Source: Neocallimastix sp. 'constans' (Eukaryota). Taken from it: DNA of 64,000 bases. The notes under the pieces were generated by a model. The model had not been told where the DNA came from and ran no database searches. It was given only the letters and a program-made list of their open reading frames with translations. Shown in pieces: positions 1 to 18,341 of this stretch; within the stretch, counting starts at the first letter, position 1; each line of letters begins with the position of its first letter. The stretch is from assembly GCA_050613775.1 (NCBI GenBank), contig JBODTK010000011.1, positions 496,001 to 560,000 of the forward strand, read 5' to 3'. Position numbers and translations under genes: made by a program.

Positions 1-216
1 TTGTGTAACCTTAAATTTTTAAAGAAAAAAGTTTAAAATTTTAAAAAAATTATAAATCTAAATATATTAACAATGTAATGTAATATATGAAAATAATAAA
101 TAATATAATTATATATTATTATATACAATAGAAATAATTTATTTTTTATATTGAATATATTAAATAACTTTTAATAGAAGAAAACAAAAAAGGCAAAAAA
201 AATTTATTATTATATA

Positions 217-1040
217 TAAATAATAAATAAATAATAAATAATAAATAATAAATAATAAATAATAAATAATAAATAATAAATAATAAATAATAAATAATAA
301 ATAATAAATAATAAATAATAAAAAGAGTATTTATTAATAAATAATAAATAATAAATAATAAATAATAAATAATAAATAATAAATAATAAAAAGAGTATTT
401 ATTAGTAAATAATAAATAATAAATAATAAATAATAAAAAGAGTATTTATTAATATATAATAAATAATAAATAATAAATAATTGAATAATAAATAATAAAT
501 AATTGAATAATAAATAATAAATAATTAAATAATTAAATATTAAATAATTGAATAATAAATAATAAATAATAAATAATAAATAATAAATAATAAATAATTA
601 AATATTAAATAATTGAATAATAAATAATAAATAATAAATAATAAATAACTGAATAATAAATAATAAATAACTGAATAATAAATAATAAATAATAAATAAT
701 AAATAATAAATAATAAATAATAAATAATAAATAATAAATAATAAATAATAAATAATTAAATAATTAAATATTAAATAATTGAATAATAAATAATAAATAA
801 TAAATAATAAATAAATAATAATAAATATATAAATAATTGAATAATAAATAATAAATAATAAAAAGAGTATTTATTAATAAATAATAATAAATAATAAATA
901 ATAATAAATAATAAATAATAATAAATAATTGAATAATAAATAATAAATAATAAATAATAAATAATAAATAATAAATAATAAATAATAAATAATAAATAAT
1001 AAATAATAAAAAAAGAGTATTTATTAATAAATAATAAACA
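217..1040. repeat. (AATAAAT)n heptamer array with interspersed AAAAGAGTATTTATTA motif
   Basis: About 820 bp of AATAAAT units; the AAAAGAGTATTTATTA motif occurs at about 321, 389, 436, 861 and 1011. Confidence 0.9.
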
Positions 1041-2004
1041 ATTAAATTAATCTTTTTAAAGTTATTCCACACATTATTCTTTAAATTTGGTTAATTGTAA
1101 CAAATTATTAAAAAATTTTTTTTATGAAAGTGACATAATATATCCTAAAGGTAATAATAGATTATTATAAAATTTCACATATTTATAAAAGTATATATGT
1201 TATTTATTTTATTAATACAAAATATTATTATCATTATTGCTATTATTAATACTAATAGTAATAAAAATAATAGTATTTAGATTAATACTAATACTACTAA
1301 TAATAGTAATAATAATAATAAAAAGAAAATTAATATTTATATTTATATTTATTAATTAAAATCAAAAAAATGTCTATCAATAATAACCAAAATATTATAT
1401 ATTTCTGTTATATTTATTTTTTATTATTCATTCTATTAATTCTTTATTATTTTTTATTTTTATATTACATTTACAAATACATATGTTTTTTTACATATGT
1501 ATTTGTATTTTCTTTTAAATTTATTCTATATATATATTAACTTAAAATTTAATTATTAAAAGTTTAAACTTATTGATTTTATTATTCATTATTCTATTAA
1601 CTTTTTTATATAAATATAATAATTTATCTATATATATTAACAAAGTTTGTTTAATTTCTTATTTTAATGTCAAATATATTTAAATATAATATATAAGAAT
1701 AGCATTATTAAGAACTTCAATAAAAATATATTTTTAATATTTCTTTTTCATTAAAGAACAATAGAAATCTGTAGTTTTAAGAATGTTGAGGTATTTGGAT
1801 AACAAAAATTTTAAATAAAATTATAAAAATCTATCTTAATATTATTCCTACTTTTTTTTTTTTTAGACCTGATTTTAGAATTAGTATAAATATAAAGTGT
1901 TAATAATTTATAATATGTAATATTTATTAGTTAAAAAAAAAAGTTAATATATTACTAAAGTTTAACAGTATTGAAACAACTACTATAATTATAAAAATTA
2001 AAGG

Positions 2005-2552
2005 AACTATTATAAATAGGTGTTAATTTGAATAATTTTTCTAATTTTTTTTTTATTTAAAATTTTTAGATTCATTTTAATTATATTATTTTCAATATTT
2101 AGGTATACAATTATATGAATGTATTAACTTTTATAAAAATAAAAATAATAATAATAAAAGATAAAAGTAAATAGATATATATTGAGTAAAGGAAAAAAAG
2201 AAAAAAAAAATAATGATAGAAATTGTTAAAAAAAAAGTTTTTCTTTTATATAAATAATTATCATCTATTTAATTTTAAAACTATTATAAATAGGTGTTAA
2301 TTTGAATAATTTTTCTAATTTTTTTTTTATTTAAAATTTTTAGATTCATTTTAATTATATTATTTTCAATATTTAGGTATACAATTATATGAATGTATTA
2401 ACTTTTAAAAAATAAAAATAATAATAATAAAAGATAAAAGTAAATAGATATATATTGAGTAAAGGAAAAAAAAGAAAAAAAAATAATGATAGAAATTGTT
2501 AAAAAAAAAGTTTTTCTTTTATATAAATAATTATCATCTATTTAATTTTAAA
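2005..2552. repeat. Near-perfect direct tandem duplication, unit about 274 bp
   Basis: 2005-2278 and 2279-2552 both read aactattataaataggtgttaatttg...ttatcatctatttaattttaaa and differ only by single-base indels in AT runs. Confidence 0.95.
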
Positions 2553-3082
2553 TAATAAAATAAGTATTTAAATATTAAATATTTAGAAAAAAAAGTAATG
2601 ATATATTATGAATTTATAATAATTATATATTATTAAAATAATATTTTTATTTTTTAAACCTTTTAATATGATAATAACAGAATATTAATAATTAAGATAG
2701 GAAATTATTACATACAAACATTAATTATTAATATGGCTGACACATATTCAATATAAATATCTGCTTGAATGAAGAGCTCTTTTTATTTATTATTATTTTA
2801 CTCTTATTACTTAATTATTATTATTATTATAAATATTTCAACTGTTATTAATTAATTATTAGTATTAATTCATTTTTAATTAATTCATTATATAGAATTT
2901 ATTTTTATTTTTTTTTTTTTTTTTGACTTTCAATCTTTTTAAATTCTTACCTTTTTTTTTTTTTTTTTTTCATAACATAAAGACTTTATTAGTAATAGTA
3001 AAAAATCTTATCTATCATTTAATCCATATTTTCATATTAAATTATTAATTCTAACTCTTTAAAGAGAAAAATTGAAAAATTA

Positions 3083-3240
<158 letters not shown>

Positions 3241-4972
3241 ATAAATAAATAAATAATAACTAAATAAATACTATTTGTATCAATTTCTTTTTTAATTTAT
3301 TTAATAAAAATTTTTTTTCCACTTGTTATTTATATAAATTTTATTTATCTATTCATTAACTTATTTATTATACAATCAAATAAAATAATTTTATAATGCA
3401 ATATATATTATTTTATATTTTGGTATATTATATTTTAAAAAAGAAAAATTATTCAAAATTTCATATTTCTATTTATACTTATTATTTATTTAGTTATTAT
3501 TTATTTATACATTGATATATTTTTAAAATTTTTTCGATTTTTTTTTATAGATTTAAAAAAAAAAAAAAAAAAAGTAAAAAATCTTTTTCTTTTATATATC
3601 TTTATATATCTTTATTTTCACTTTTTTTATTATTATTATTATTTTTATTTGTATATATGTGTATATGAATATCAATTAGAAAATCTTGAAATTTTAATAT
3701 TTTTAATATCAATTAGAAAATCTTTAAATTTTAATATTTTTATTTAAAAAAATAAAAATAAAAATAAAAATAAAAATAAAAATAAAAATAAAAATAAAAA
3801 TAAAAATAAAAAGAAATTAAATAAAATAATAAACAGGGGAAAACTAAGAATAGAAAAAAAAAATATACTATGAAATTTCATTCTGATTTTATTTAATAAA
3901 AGTGATAAAAAATAGTAAAAAATAAAATAAAAAAAAAAAAAGTGAAATAAAATAAAAATATAATAAATAAATAAAAACCATTATAAAAATGGTATAATTG
4001 TATTTATATATATTAATAATATAATATACAATTAGAAAAAAATAATTATATATATATATATATATTTAGTTATATATTTTTTCACGAGATTGTTAAAGAT
4101 AAGAGTAACCTTTGAAATATAAATATATATATATATATATATTCTATATTACCTATAGATATTTAATAATAAATAGTTTTATTATTCTAATATATATATT
4201 TTTGTATTATATTATCAGACTAATTATATAGAATAAATTTTGAAGAATCTTTATTTTTTTTTATTGTATATAAAAATTTAGATTGTATATTATCAGCTAA
4301 ACAACGAAGCAACAAAAATAATAAAAGAAGGAGATACAACAAAAATTTATAAATACAATATATATATTTTTTCTTTCATTTTTTTTTTTTTTATTTATTA
4401 TAGAAAAGAAAAAAAGTATAAAAACACATTCACATAAAAAAAAAAGCTATCTTTTTTTTAAAAATTATATATAAATTATATCATCTCTTTTAATATATAT
4501 AATTAAATATTTTTTTTATTTTTATTTTTTTTTTTTATCTTTTTATCTTTTCTTATTCAATATATCGGGATATAGTTTTCAATAATAATAATATATATAT
4601 ATTTTTATATTATTCTATTATTAATATAAATATTCAATATTAAAATTTCAATATAAATATATTTAGAAATTAATTATAAAGAAATATATATATATATATA
4701 TATATAAAAAAAAAAAAAACCAACACTAATACATATTTTAATAATAAATAATAAGGAAAGGAATTAAAAATAAAAAAAAAAAAAGCAAAAAAAAAAAAAA
4801 AAAAATAGAAAAATTATATAAAAAAAGTATTTATATATTTTTCTTTCTTTTAATTTAATATTTTTGTGTATCTTTTCAAAATACACTTAATAAAATAAAA
4901 TAAAATAATAAAAAAACAAAACAAAATAATTATATATATATATATATATAAAGAAAATATATATTTTATACA

Positions 4973-5941
4973 ATGGATAAACAAGTAAAAGCAGCAAGAT
5001 TATCAAAAATTTTAATTATTACATCAATAGTTGCAGGGGTAACCCTCAGTGGAGCCTATCTTATCTATAAAAATAATAAAGATAATAAACAATATAAAAG
5101 AAATTCTCAGTCCAATTTTTCTATAACTATTCACTTAAGCAAAGATGAGTTAGACGAGGGTCGAATAGAGAGTGAAAATAAAAATAAAGAAAAAGAAGTT
5201 AATAATAATAATAGTAATAATAATAGTGAAGAAGAGGAACGAAATGAAATTCAAGATTTAGAAGAATATGTTGCTTCCCTACACTCTTCTTCTTCGGAAG
5301 ATAAAAAAAACATTTTTATAAGTTTATTTAATAAATTCATGAATGTATTTTCGAAAAAAGAGGATTTATTAGATGATACCATCATAATTACTAAACCTAA
5401 TGAAGCACTATCTTTTTTTGATGATACCGTAGAAATAGATGAAAATAATGATACCATAATAATTACGAAACCTAATGAATCTCCTTCCTCATCGGTCAAA
5501 AGTGAACATAGTTCCAAAGAAAATGTAAGAATATTAAATGAAGTCATAGAACAAGCCATCTATTTAGTGAATAGTAATAGTGATAGTAATGATGAAAGCT
5601 CTCCTCCCATAAGTAGTATGAGTATCCCCTCTACCAGCACTAAAAATAAAAAGAATATAGGTCAAAAAAATGGTTATGAACAAAAAATTTTTTTAGGTAA
5701 TAGTAGTGATAGTGGTGGTGGTGATCATTGTAGTAGTAATGATGGTAGTGATAGTGGTAGTCAGGATAATATTAATAGTATGGAGTCATCCACCTCAACT
5801 CTAATCGGTAGACCACATGAACCACATGAACATGAAATAATATCGGAGGAAATATTAATTGAAAAAAATTCTATTGAAAATAAATTGAATTCTAATACAT
5901 CGCCTAAAAGTCTTAATTCTATTAATACCAATTACATAACC

Positions 5942-5983
<42 letters not shown>

Positions 5984-6687
5984 TATAATGATGATAATGA
6001 TGATATAGATAATGATAATACTAAAACTATTTCTTCCATTCAAAAAAAAAAGAGAAAAGAAACCATTACTTCCTATGATGTTAAAAGAAATGAAATCAAT
6101 GGAATGGAAAGTGAAAATGAATTGGTTGCTCCTTCCACTCCAAAATTAAGTTTTGTAGATCGTTATTCTCTATCTCCCGTATTACCTCTTGGTCAGAATG
6201 CCTCCACCTCTAAGGAAAATAATAAGATGAATAATGATAATGAATCCATCAATCCACTTAGTATAGATATTAATCAACTTTTAATGGATCAAAATTTTGA
6301 ATTTAGTGAAGAAGAAGAAGATGATGATGAAGGAGCAGGAGCAGGAAATAGTAAAGTACAAACCCATGGTAATGGTAGGGGTAGTAATGGTGTTGGAGGT
6401 AAATCTCTTCATCGTACTTCCTCCATTTCTTCTACGAGTACTTTTCAATCAGCAGTATCTAATTGGACTGATGGTCATTCCTTTACCGAAGATTCTATCC
6501 TAGGATATGAGACTTCCAATACTACCAACAATTTAACCAATAACAACAACAACAATAATAATAATAACAACAACAAGGATCAACCTTTACTAAATGATGA
6601 AGTATGGGAAGTTAATAGTGTCTGTAGTAGTAGTACCTCAGGATTTTATTCAGCACAAGAAGATTTTTATGATGCCAATATAGAATG

Positions 6688-6688
<1 letters not shown>
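4973..6688 (+). CDS. Uncharacterised 571-aa protein: N-terminal membrane anchor, long acidic/Ser/Asn disordered body, C-terminal FFAT-like motifs
   Basis: Single ORF with GC clearly above the flanks. Hydrophobic segment ILIITSIVAGVTLSGAYLIY followed by basic residues; internal repeat (D/N)DTIIITKPNE twice; ends SSTSGFYSAQEDFYDANIE. Confidence 0.85.
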
Positions 6689-6718
<30 letters not shown>

Positions 6719-6874
6719 AATTAATAGAATAAATAATAAATAGATATCAACATAATTCAAAAATAAATAAATAAATAAATAAATAAATAAATTGAAAAAA
6801 AAAAAAAAAATAAAAATAAAAATAAAAATAAAAAAAATTACATTAAGAAGAATAAAAGAACAAAGGAAAAAAAA

Positions 6875-6905
<31 letters not shown>

Positions 6906-7161
6906 CATAAAAAATAAATTTCCTTATAAAATAATATAATAATTTAAACAAAAAAAAAAAAAACCAATAACAAATAACCAATAACAAATAAAAAAAAATA
7001 AAATAAAAAAAAAATAAAAAAAAATAAAAAAAAAATAAAAAAAAAAATAAAAAAAATTTAACAAATGAATAATAAATAGATTTAATATAAATTGGAGGGT
7101 ATTTTTTATAATTTGATTAAAAAAGCAAAAACAAAAGGGAAATAATATATATTATATATAG

Positions 7162-7198
<37 letters not shown>

Positions 7199-7535
7199 CA
7201 TATTTTATTTTTATTATTTTATTTTATTTTATTATTTTATTTTATTTTATTTTTTTTTTTTATTTCATTTTATTTTATTTTTATTTTTATTTTTATTTTT
7301 ATTTTTTTCCCCTTTTATATATATATTTATATAAATTCTATTTTAATCTATTCATTGATTTCTTGAATTTATTAGATTCATTGATGAAATTTATTTATTT
7401 AATCATATTAATTAATTTTTTTTTTTTTTTTTATTTTATTTCATAATATATTTTTTTTTTTTATAATTAAAATATTATATAATATTTTAATTATTTTTTT
7501 TTTTATTTTTATTTTTTTATTATTTATTAACTAAT

Positions 7536-12826
<5,291 letters not shown>

Positions 12827-13366
12827 TTTTTCTTCTTCTTTTTTTTTTTTTTTTTTCTTTCTTTAATTTTTTTTCTATTAATATTATTTATTTATTTATT
12901 TATTTATTTATCTATTTATTTATTTATTTATTTATTTATTATTGTTTTTATAAATTTATTTTTTTTATAGAGAAAAAATAAATTTATTATAAAAAAAAAA
13001 AAAAAGAAAAAGAAAAAGAAAAAGAAAAAGAAAAAATAAAATAGTTTAATTAATTAGCAAATAAATAAATATTATTAAAGAAGTGAAGTCAATATTTAAA
13101 TTTTGAATTAAAGTAAAATAAAAAATAAAAAATAAAAAAAAAAAAATAATTATAAAATATAATTATATATAAAATTTTTTAATGTTATAATAATTATATT
13201 ATTTATAAAATATAAAATATAAATAATAAATAATAAATAATAAAACAAAGAGTATTTATTAATAAATAATTATTAAATAATTATTAATTAAATAATAAAT
13301 AAATAAATTTTAAAATAATATAATAAAAAATAAAAAAAAATAAAAATTTATTAATTTATTTTTTTA

Positions 13367-13674
13367 GACTTGGAAGTGAATATAATTCCAGTACTTTATT
13401 AAATAGATGATTATAGATAAAAATAAAATGTATGTAAATGATTAAGTAAAAAAAAAAAAAAAAAAAAACCTAAACTTAAATTGGAGGGGGTAGTATTCAA
13501 GGCTGAGCTTGAATATGATTTCTAGTATTTATAATTTTGAAGTTATTGTAATTCGAACCTTTAATTCCTTAGAATTTAGTAACATCAGAACCAATAAGAT
13601 TCAATAACATCTTTGAATTTAGTGATATTCTTTTTTTTTTTTTTTATTCTCCTAATTTTCATGTAGAGTACCAG

Positions 13675-13718
<44 letters not shown>

Positions 13719-13922
13719 ATAAGTAGAATCAGACGCTAAGTTCTCATAATGATCAGCCCAACGTTTTTCAGTTAAGTTGATCCTTGGGATTCAATCTAGA
13801 TCCTGACCAGAATTTAAGATTTTTAGATATAGCAAGAATGAAGAAGTAGAAGCGAAATATACAGGTTTAGAAGATCTTTTTCTTGGAGATCACACGTCAA
13901 CCACAACGGACACTAGTCCTTA

Positions 13923-13957
<35 letters not shown>

Positions 13958-14025
13958 AATTAACCATTTTAGTTACTAATTTTAACAATATTTATATGCC
14001 TTTTATAACGATTTGGAAACCGTAA

Positions 14026-14056
<31 letters not shown>

Positions 14057-14898
14057 GCTTTCTCAAAACTTTTTTTTACATATTAATAATACTAAGTAAA
14101 AAAAAATTAATCTGAATAAGCCTCCACTGAAGGGGCAATCTGAGAAAGGTTTTTAAAATTATCCTATGGTAAAAATATTTGGCAATTGAAGTTTTCTTTC
14201 CATACTCTTGGGTAGTGGAAAAAGGAAGGATCTTTAAAAATTATGAGGGAATAAAAAGCTTTAATTTCTTTTATTTTTACAAAAATTGATTGAAGAATTA
14301 ATAATAATCTTTAACCATATCATCCGCTGATGATTTCATCAAATTTGGATTCTAAGATTACTTGCTAAAACAGAAAAAAAAAATAATTATGAAACAATAG
14401 ATTTGTAATTCTGAGTATTACAAATATGTTTAGATCATTTTTGAAAGTTATTCTTAGGTTAAGTTTATTAAAACCATCTGAAAGATTCTTATTGCAAGAT
14501 AAGAAGATAGGATAATGATTAGAAATATCATTTTTTTGCGAATTAACAAGCAGAAGATAAATGTACATGAAGAATCATAGCTTTAATATAGAAAAAATGG
14601 TTGATACAAGAAGAACATTTAGAATCTTTAGAATGAGTAATACTACTACTACAACCAGTAAGAATAGCAACAGTCCAGTCAGGGAAATTTTTTGATAAGT
14701 ATACTTCCTTTTTAAGTTTTTCAAAGGGGACATATTAAAATCTCCTATAGGAACAGCAGGAGAATTTTTCCTTATTATGACTACTTCATCATTTTTTTCA
14801 TTTTCAGAAGAAAGGATTTAAGCGAGCTTTCAGGCCATTTATTATTGAGGAAAGTAGATATTGCCCAAAGGGATTTCAGAAATTAGCATATATATATG

Positions 14899-14938
<40 letters not shown>

Positions 14939-15200
14939 AGAATTGTGACCAAAAATAGAAGGAGAGTACCCTCTAGAGAGAGAGGAACTTTACTTTTACC
15001 AGTTTCCTGAAGGCATATTGGTATATATACATACAGGGGTACAGGTTTAAATACAGAATTTAAATACATAACCATAAACATCATCTCTCTTTTTCAGAAT
15101 TCTAACCAAATTATATTTCAAGCTAGAGTATAAATTGAAGAAAGAAGAGCAGGAATAATAAAGATGACATGAATAGAATTTTCTAGGCATATTAAAAAAA
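13367..15200 (-). mobile_element. Degraded non-LTR (LINE-like) retrotransposon: APE endonuclease and start of the RT region
   Basis: Minus-strand remnants appear in the expected order: LA*NI (WN motif, about 15120), ICLQETG (about 15010), IGDFNM (about 14740), SCINH (about 14605), ISNHYPIF (SDH motif, about 14520), KRWADHYENLASDS (about 13750), HLFNKV (about 13400). Many stops, frameshifts and homopolymer insertions; boundaries approximate. Confidence 0.8.
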
Positions 15201-16440
15201 AAAAATAAAAAAAAAAAAAAAAAGAATTTATTTTTCTCTTGATTTTCTTTTTTTTTTTTTTTTTTTTGAATATTTTTTTTTTTTTGAATTTTTTTAACTT
15301 TTATTATAATTGGATTTGCGGTCTGTAGAATTTTGAGGAATAGCCTTTACATTCTTTATAATTAATTTTTAAGAGAGGAATGAAGACCATCATTTAACTA
15401 ATTATAAAATTGTTTAAAGGTATTAACTATTGAGTTCATTTACTTTAATAATAAAATAAGAACCATATATAGAGGTGAAAATTTTCAAACAATTGAAAAA
15501 ATGATTTTTTAAAAAAAAAAAAAAGAACTAGATAAATTATTGATACAATTGTCAAAATTTTTTTTTTTACTGGCCAATTTTTTGAGTTTATGAATGAATG
15601 TCATGTAAAATTTGTTGAATACGCATCCATAATGGTAAATGCCCACTGTGAAAGTTTGAATACTATAGAGTTGAATTCATAGTGCACAATATATATATCA
15701 AAATATATATATATATATATATTTTTTTTTAATAAACATAATATTGAAACTTGACTATTGTTGAGAATAATAAATCAAATTTTATAGTAAGATTAATGTA
15801 TTAAACTGGAAATATTTTAAAGTAAGAATTCATATAAAGTAAAAAGAATAAAGATAATAAAATATTAATATATAATAAACAGTAAGGTAGAAGAAAGGAA
15901 AGATAAATATTCCATTCATTCATAAGAAGAAGAAAAAGAAAGGAAAAGAATAAAAAAAATAATAATAAAAAAAAAAAAAAAAAAAAATGAAGGATAAAGA
16001 ATCAAAGAGAAATAGAATAAAAAAAAAAAGGAAAAAAGTTATATTTACCTTGGTTCAGACAAGAAGCTAAATATATATTTATATAAATGTATATAAAAGA
16101 TAAAAAAATAAATATCAAGTATATATAAAAATATTAAATATAAAAGTATATATATATATATATATATAAAATAAACAAAAGATAAAAGAAATAGAAAGTT
16201 AGTAAAGAAAAAAATTAAATAGTTCCAAGATCCTTCATAAAAAAAAAAAAAAAATAAAATAAAAAACTTTGATTAAAACAGAGATAAAAATGAAATAGAA
16301 TCGGTAAATCAAAATTCATAACTCCTACAGACTGATCATTAATTTTAATATTCTATATGAACTATCATTCCCTGTACTAAAAGAAGTGCTGATAGTAATA
16401 CCCCCTATTTCTGGTGGTACACTCCTCAGAATATAAATAA

Positions 16441-16484
<44 letters not shown>

Positions 16485-16865
16485 AAATAATAAATAAATA
16501 AATAATAAATAATAAATAAATAATAAATAAATAATAAATAAATAAATTTTACTATTTAATAATTGAATGTATTAATTCTATATCATCATGATAAAGAATT
16601 AATACAATAGAGTATAAAAATAAAAAAAAACATTTTTTAATAGAAAAAAAATTTTTTATTTATAATTTTGTTTTTAATTTTGTTTTATTTAGTTATCAAG
16701 TTTAGTTAGCAATGCTTGAAAATATCATTATTATATAGAATTTTTTTTTTTATTTTTTATTTTTCTTATTTTTTATTTTTCTTATTTTTTATTTTTCTTA
16801 TTTTTTATTTTTTATTTATTTTTTCTTATTTTTTATTTTTTATTTATTTTTTATTATTATTATTT

Positions 16866-16938
<73 letters not shown>

Positions 16939-17102
16939 TTATTAGTAGTAGTAGTATTAGTATTTACTTTTAAATAACTATTAGAACATTAATATGAAAA
17001 AAATATAAAATAATTGAAAAGAAAATAAATAAATAAATAAAAAAGAGTTCTATCTCTCTCTTTTTCTTTATTTTTTATTTTTTTTTTTTAATCTCCTTTT
17101 AA

Positions 17103-17138
<36 letters not shown>

Positions 17139-17551
17139 TATTATATTATTATAAATAATATTGGTAATTTTTTCTTTTTTAAAAAATTAAAAAAGAAAGG
17201 AAGAAACAAAAAGAAAAATAGGAGAGGGAAAAAAATAAAAAAATAAATATAAAAAAAAAGGAATTAAGTAAAGAAAACTATTAGGGACAAAAAAATAAAT
17301 AAAATAAATAAATTATAAGGATTATCTTATGGTTACATATAAAAATGAAAGTGATAAAATATATATTAATTATATATATATATAATTTATAACTTTTTAT
17401 TACTATTATTATAGATTATGATTTAAAATTATTTATTGTATACCATTAATACAATAAATAGAGAAATAATAGTTTATAATAAACAATATATTAATAGTAA
17501 TATTTAAAAATAAAAAATAACTTTTATATTATTGATAAAATAATAATAATA

Positions 17552-17600
<49 letters not shown>

Positions 17601-18030
17601 AAAGAGTTCAAAATATATATATATATATTTTTTAAATTTTTTATTAAATTATCTTTATTTTTTTTTTATTAAAAAAAAAAAAAAATAATATCCAAGAGAA
17701 TTATATAAATTTTTTTTTTTTAATAAAAAATATATATAATATTTAAATTATTAATCTAATAGAATAGGAAAATAGAGTAAAAAAAAATTATTGTAAAAAA
17801 AAAAAAAAAATAAATAAATATAAATATATATTTTTTTTATATTTCTCTTTATATCATTAATCTTTTTTATAAATATAATAAAAAAATATAAAAAAAATAA
17901 AAAATAAAAAATAAAAAGATGATTTTCTATATATATTAGGAATATATTATTATTATTATTATTATTATTTTTTTTTTTTGTATATTAAAAAAATGGTTAC
18001 TAAATACTATTATTAATTATTCTTGTATAT

Positions 18031-18078
<48 letters not shown>

Positions 18079-18341
18079 ATTAAGTATTATTTGTTATTTT
18101 TTTATTTGTTTATTTGTTATTATATCTTCTTCCTTCCTTTTTTTTTTTTTTTATTTTTACTTAATAAAGTAGGTAATTTATTTTTTAAATAATAATATAT
18201 ATATTTATGTATATATATATTTCGTATTAAATTACTTAATAGAAATTATATTAGATTATATATATTGTTTATCATTAATATAAAATAAAAATTTAAAAAA
18301 AAAAAAAAATTTAAATAAATCTATCTATTTTATTTTATTTT

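Noticed and set aside
764..1072. Short I/Y/L/F/K-rich ORFs here and at e.g. 7595, 9214, 16716, 24811, 28499, 55945 and 56481
   Set aside because: They are translations of microsatellites and homopolymers; some lie inside CCZ1 introns.
5251..6503. Antisense and alternate-frame ORFs inside real genes (also 18899-20949, 53779, 55082, 61299, 61923)
   Set aside because: Shadow ORFs of the genuine CDS with no independent support.
13921..13960. T-run/A-run palindromes as terminators (also about 6867, 17103 and 56987)
   Set aside because: Ubiquitous by-products of homopolymer expansion in this eukaryotic AT-rich DNA.
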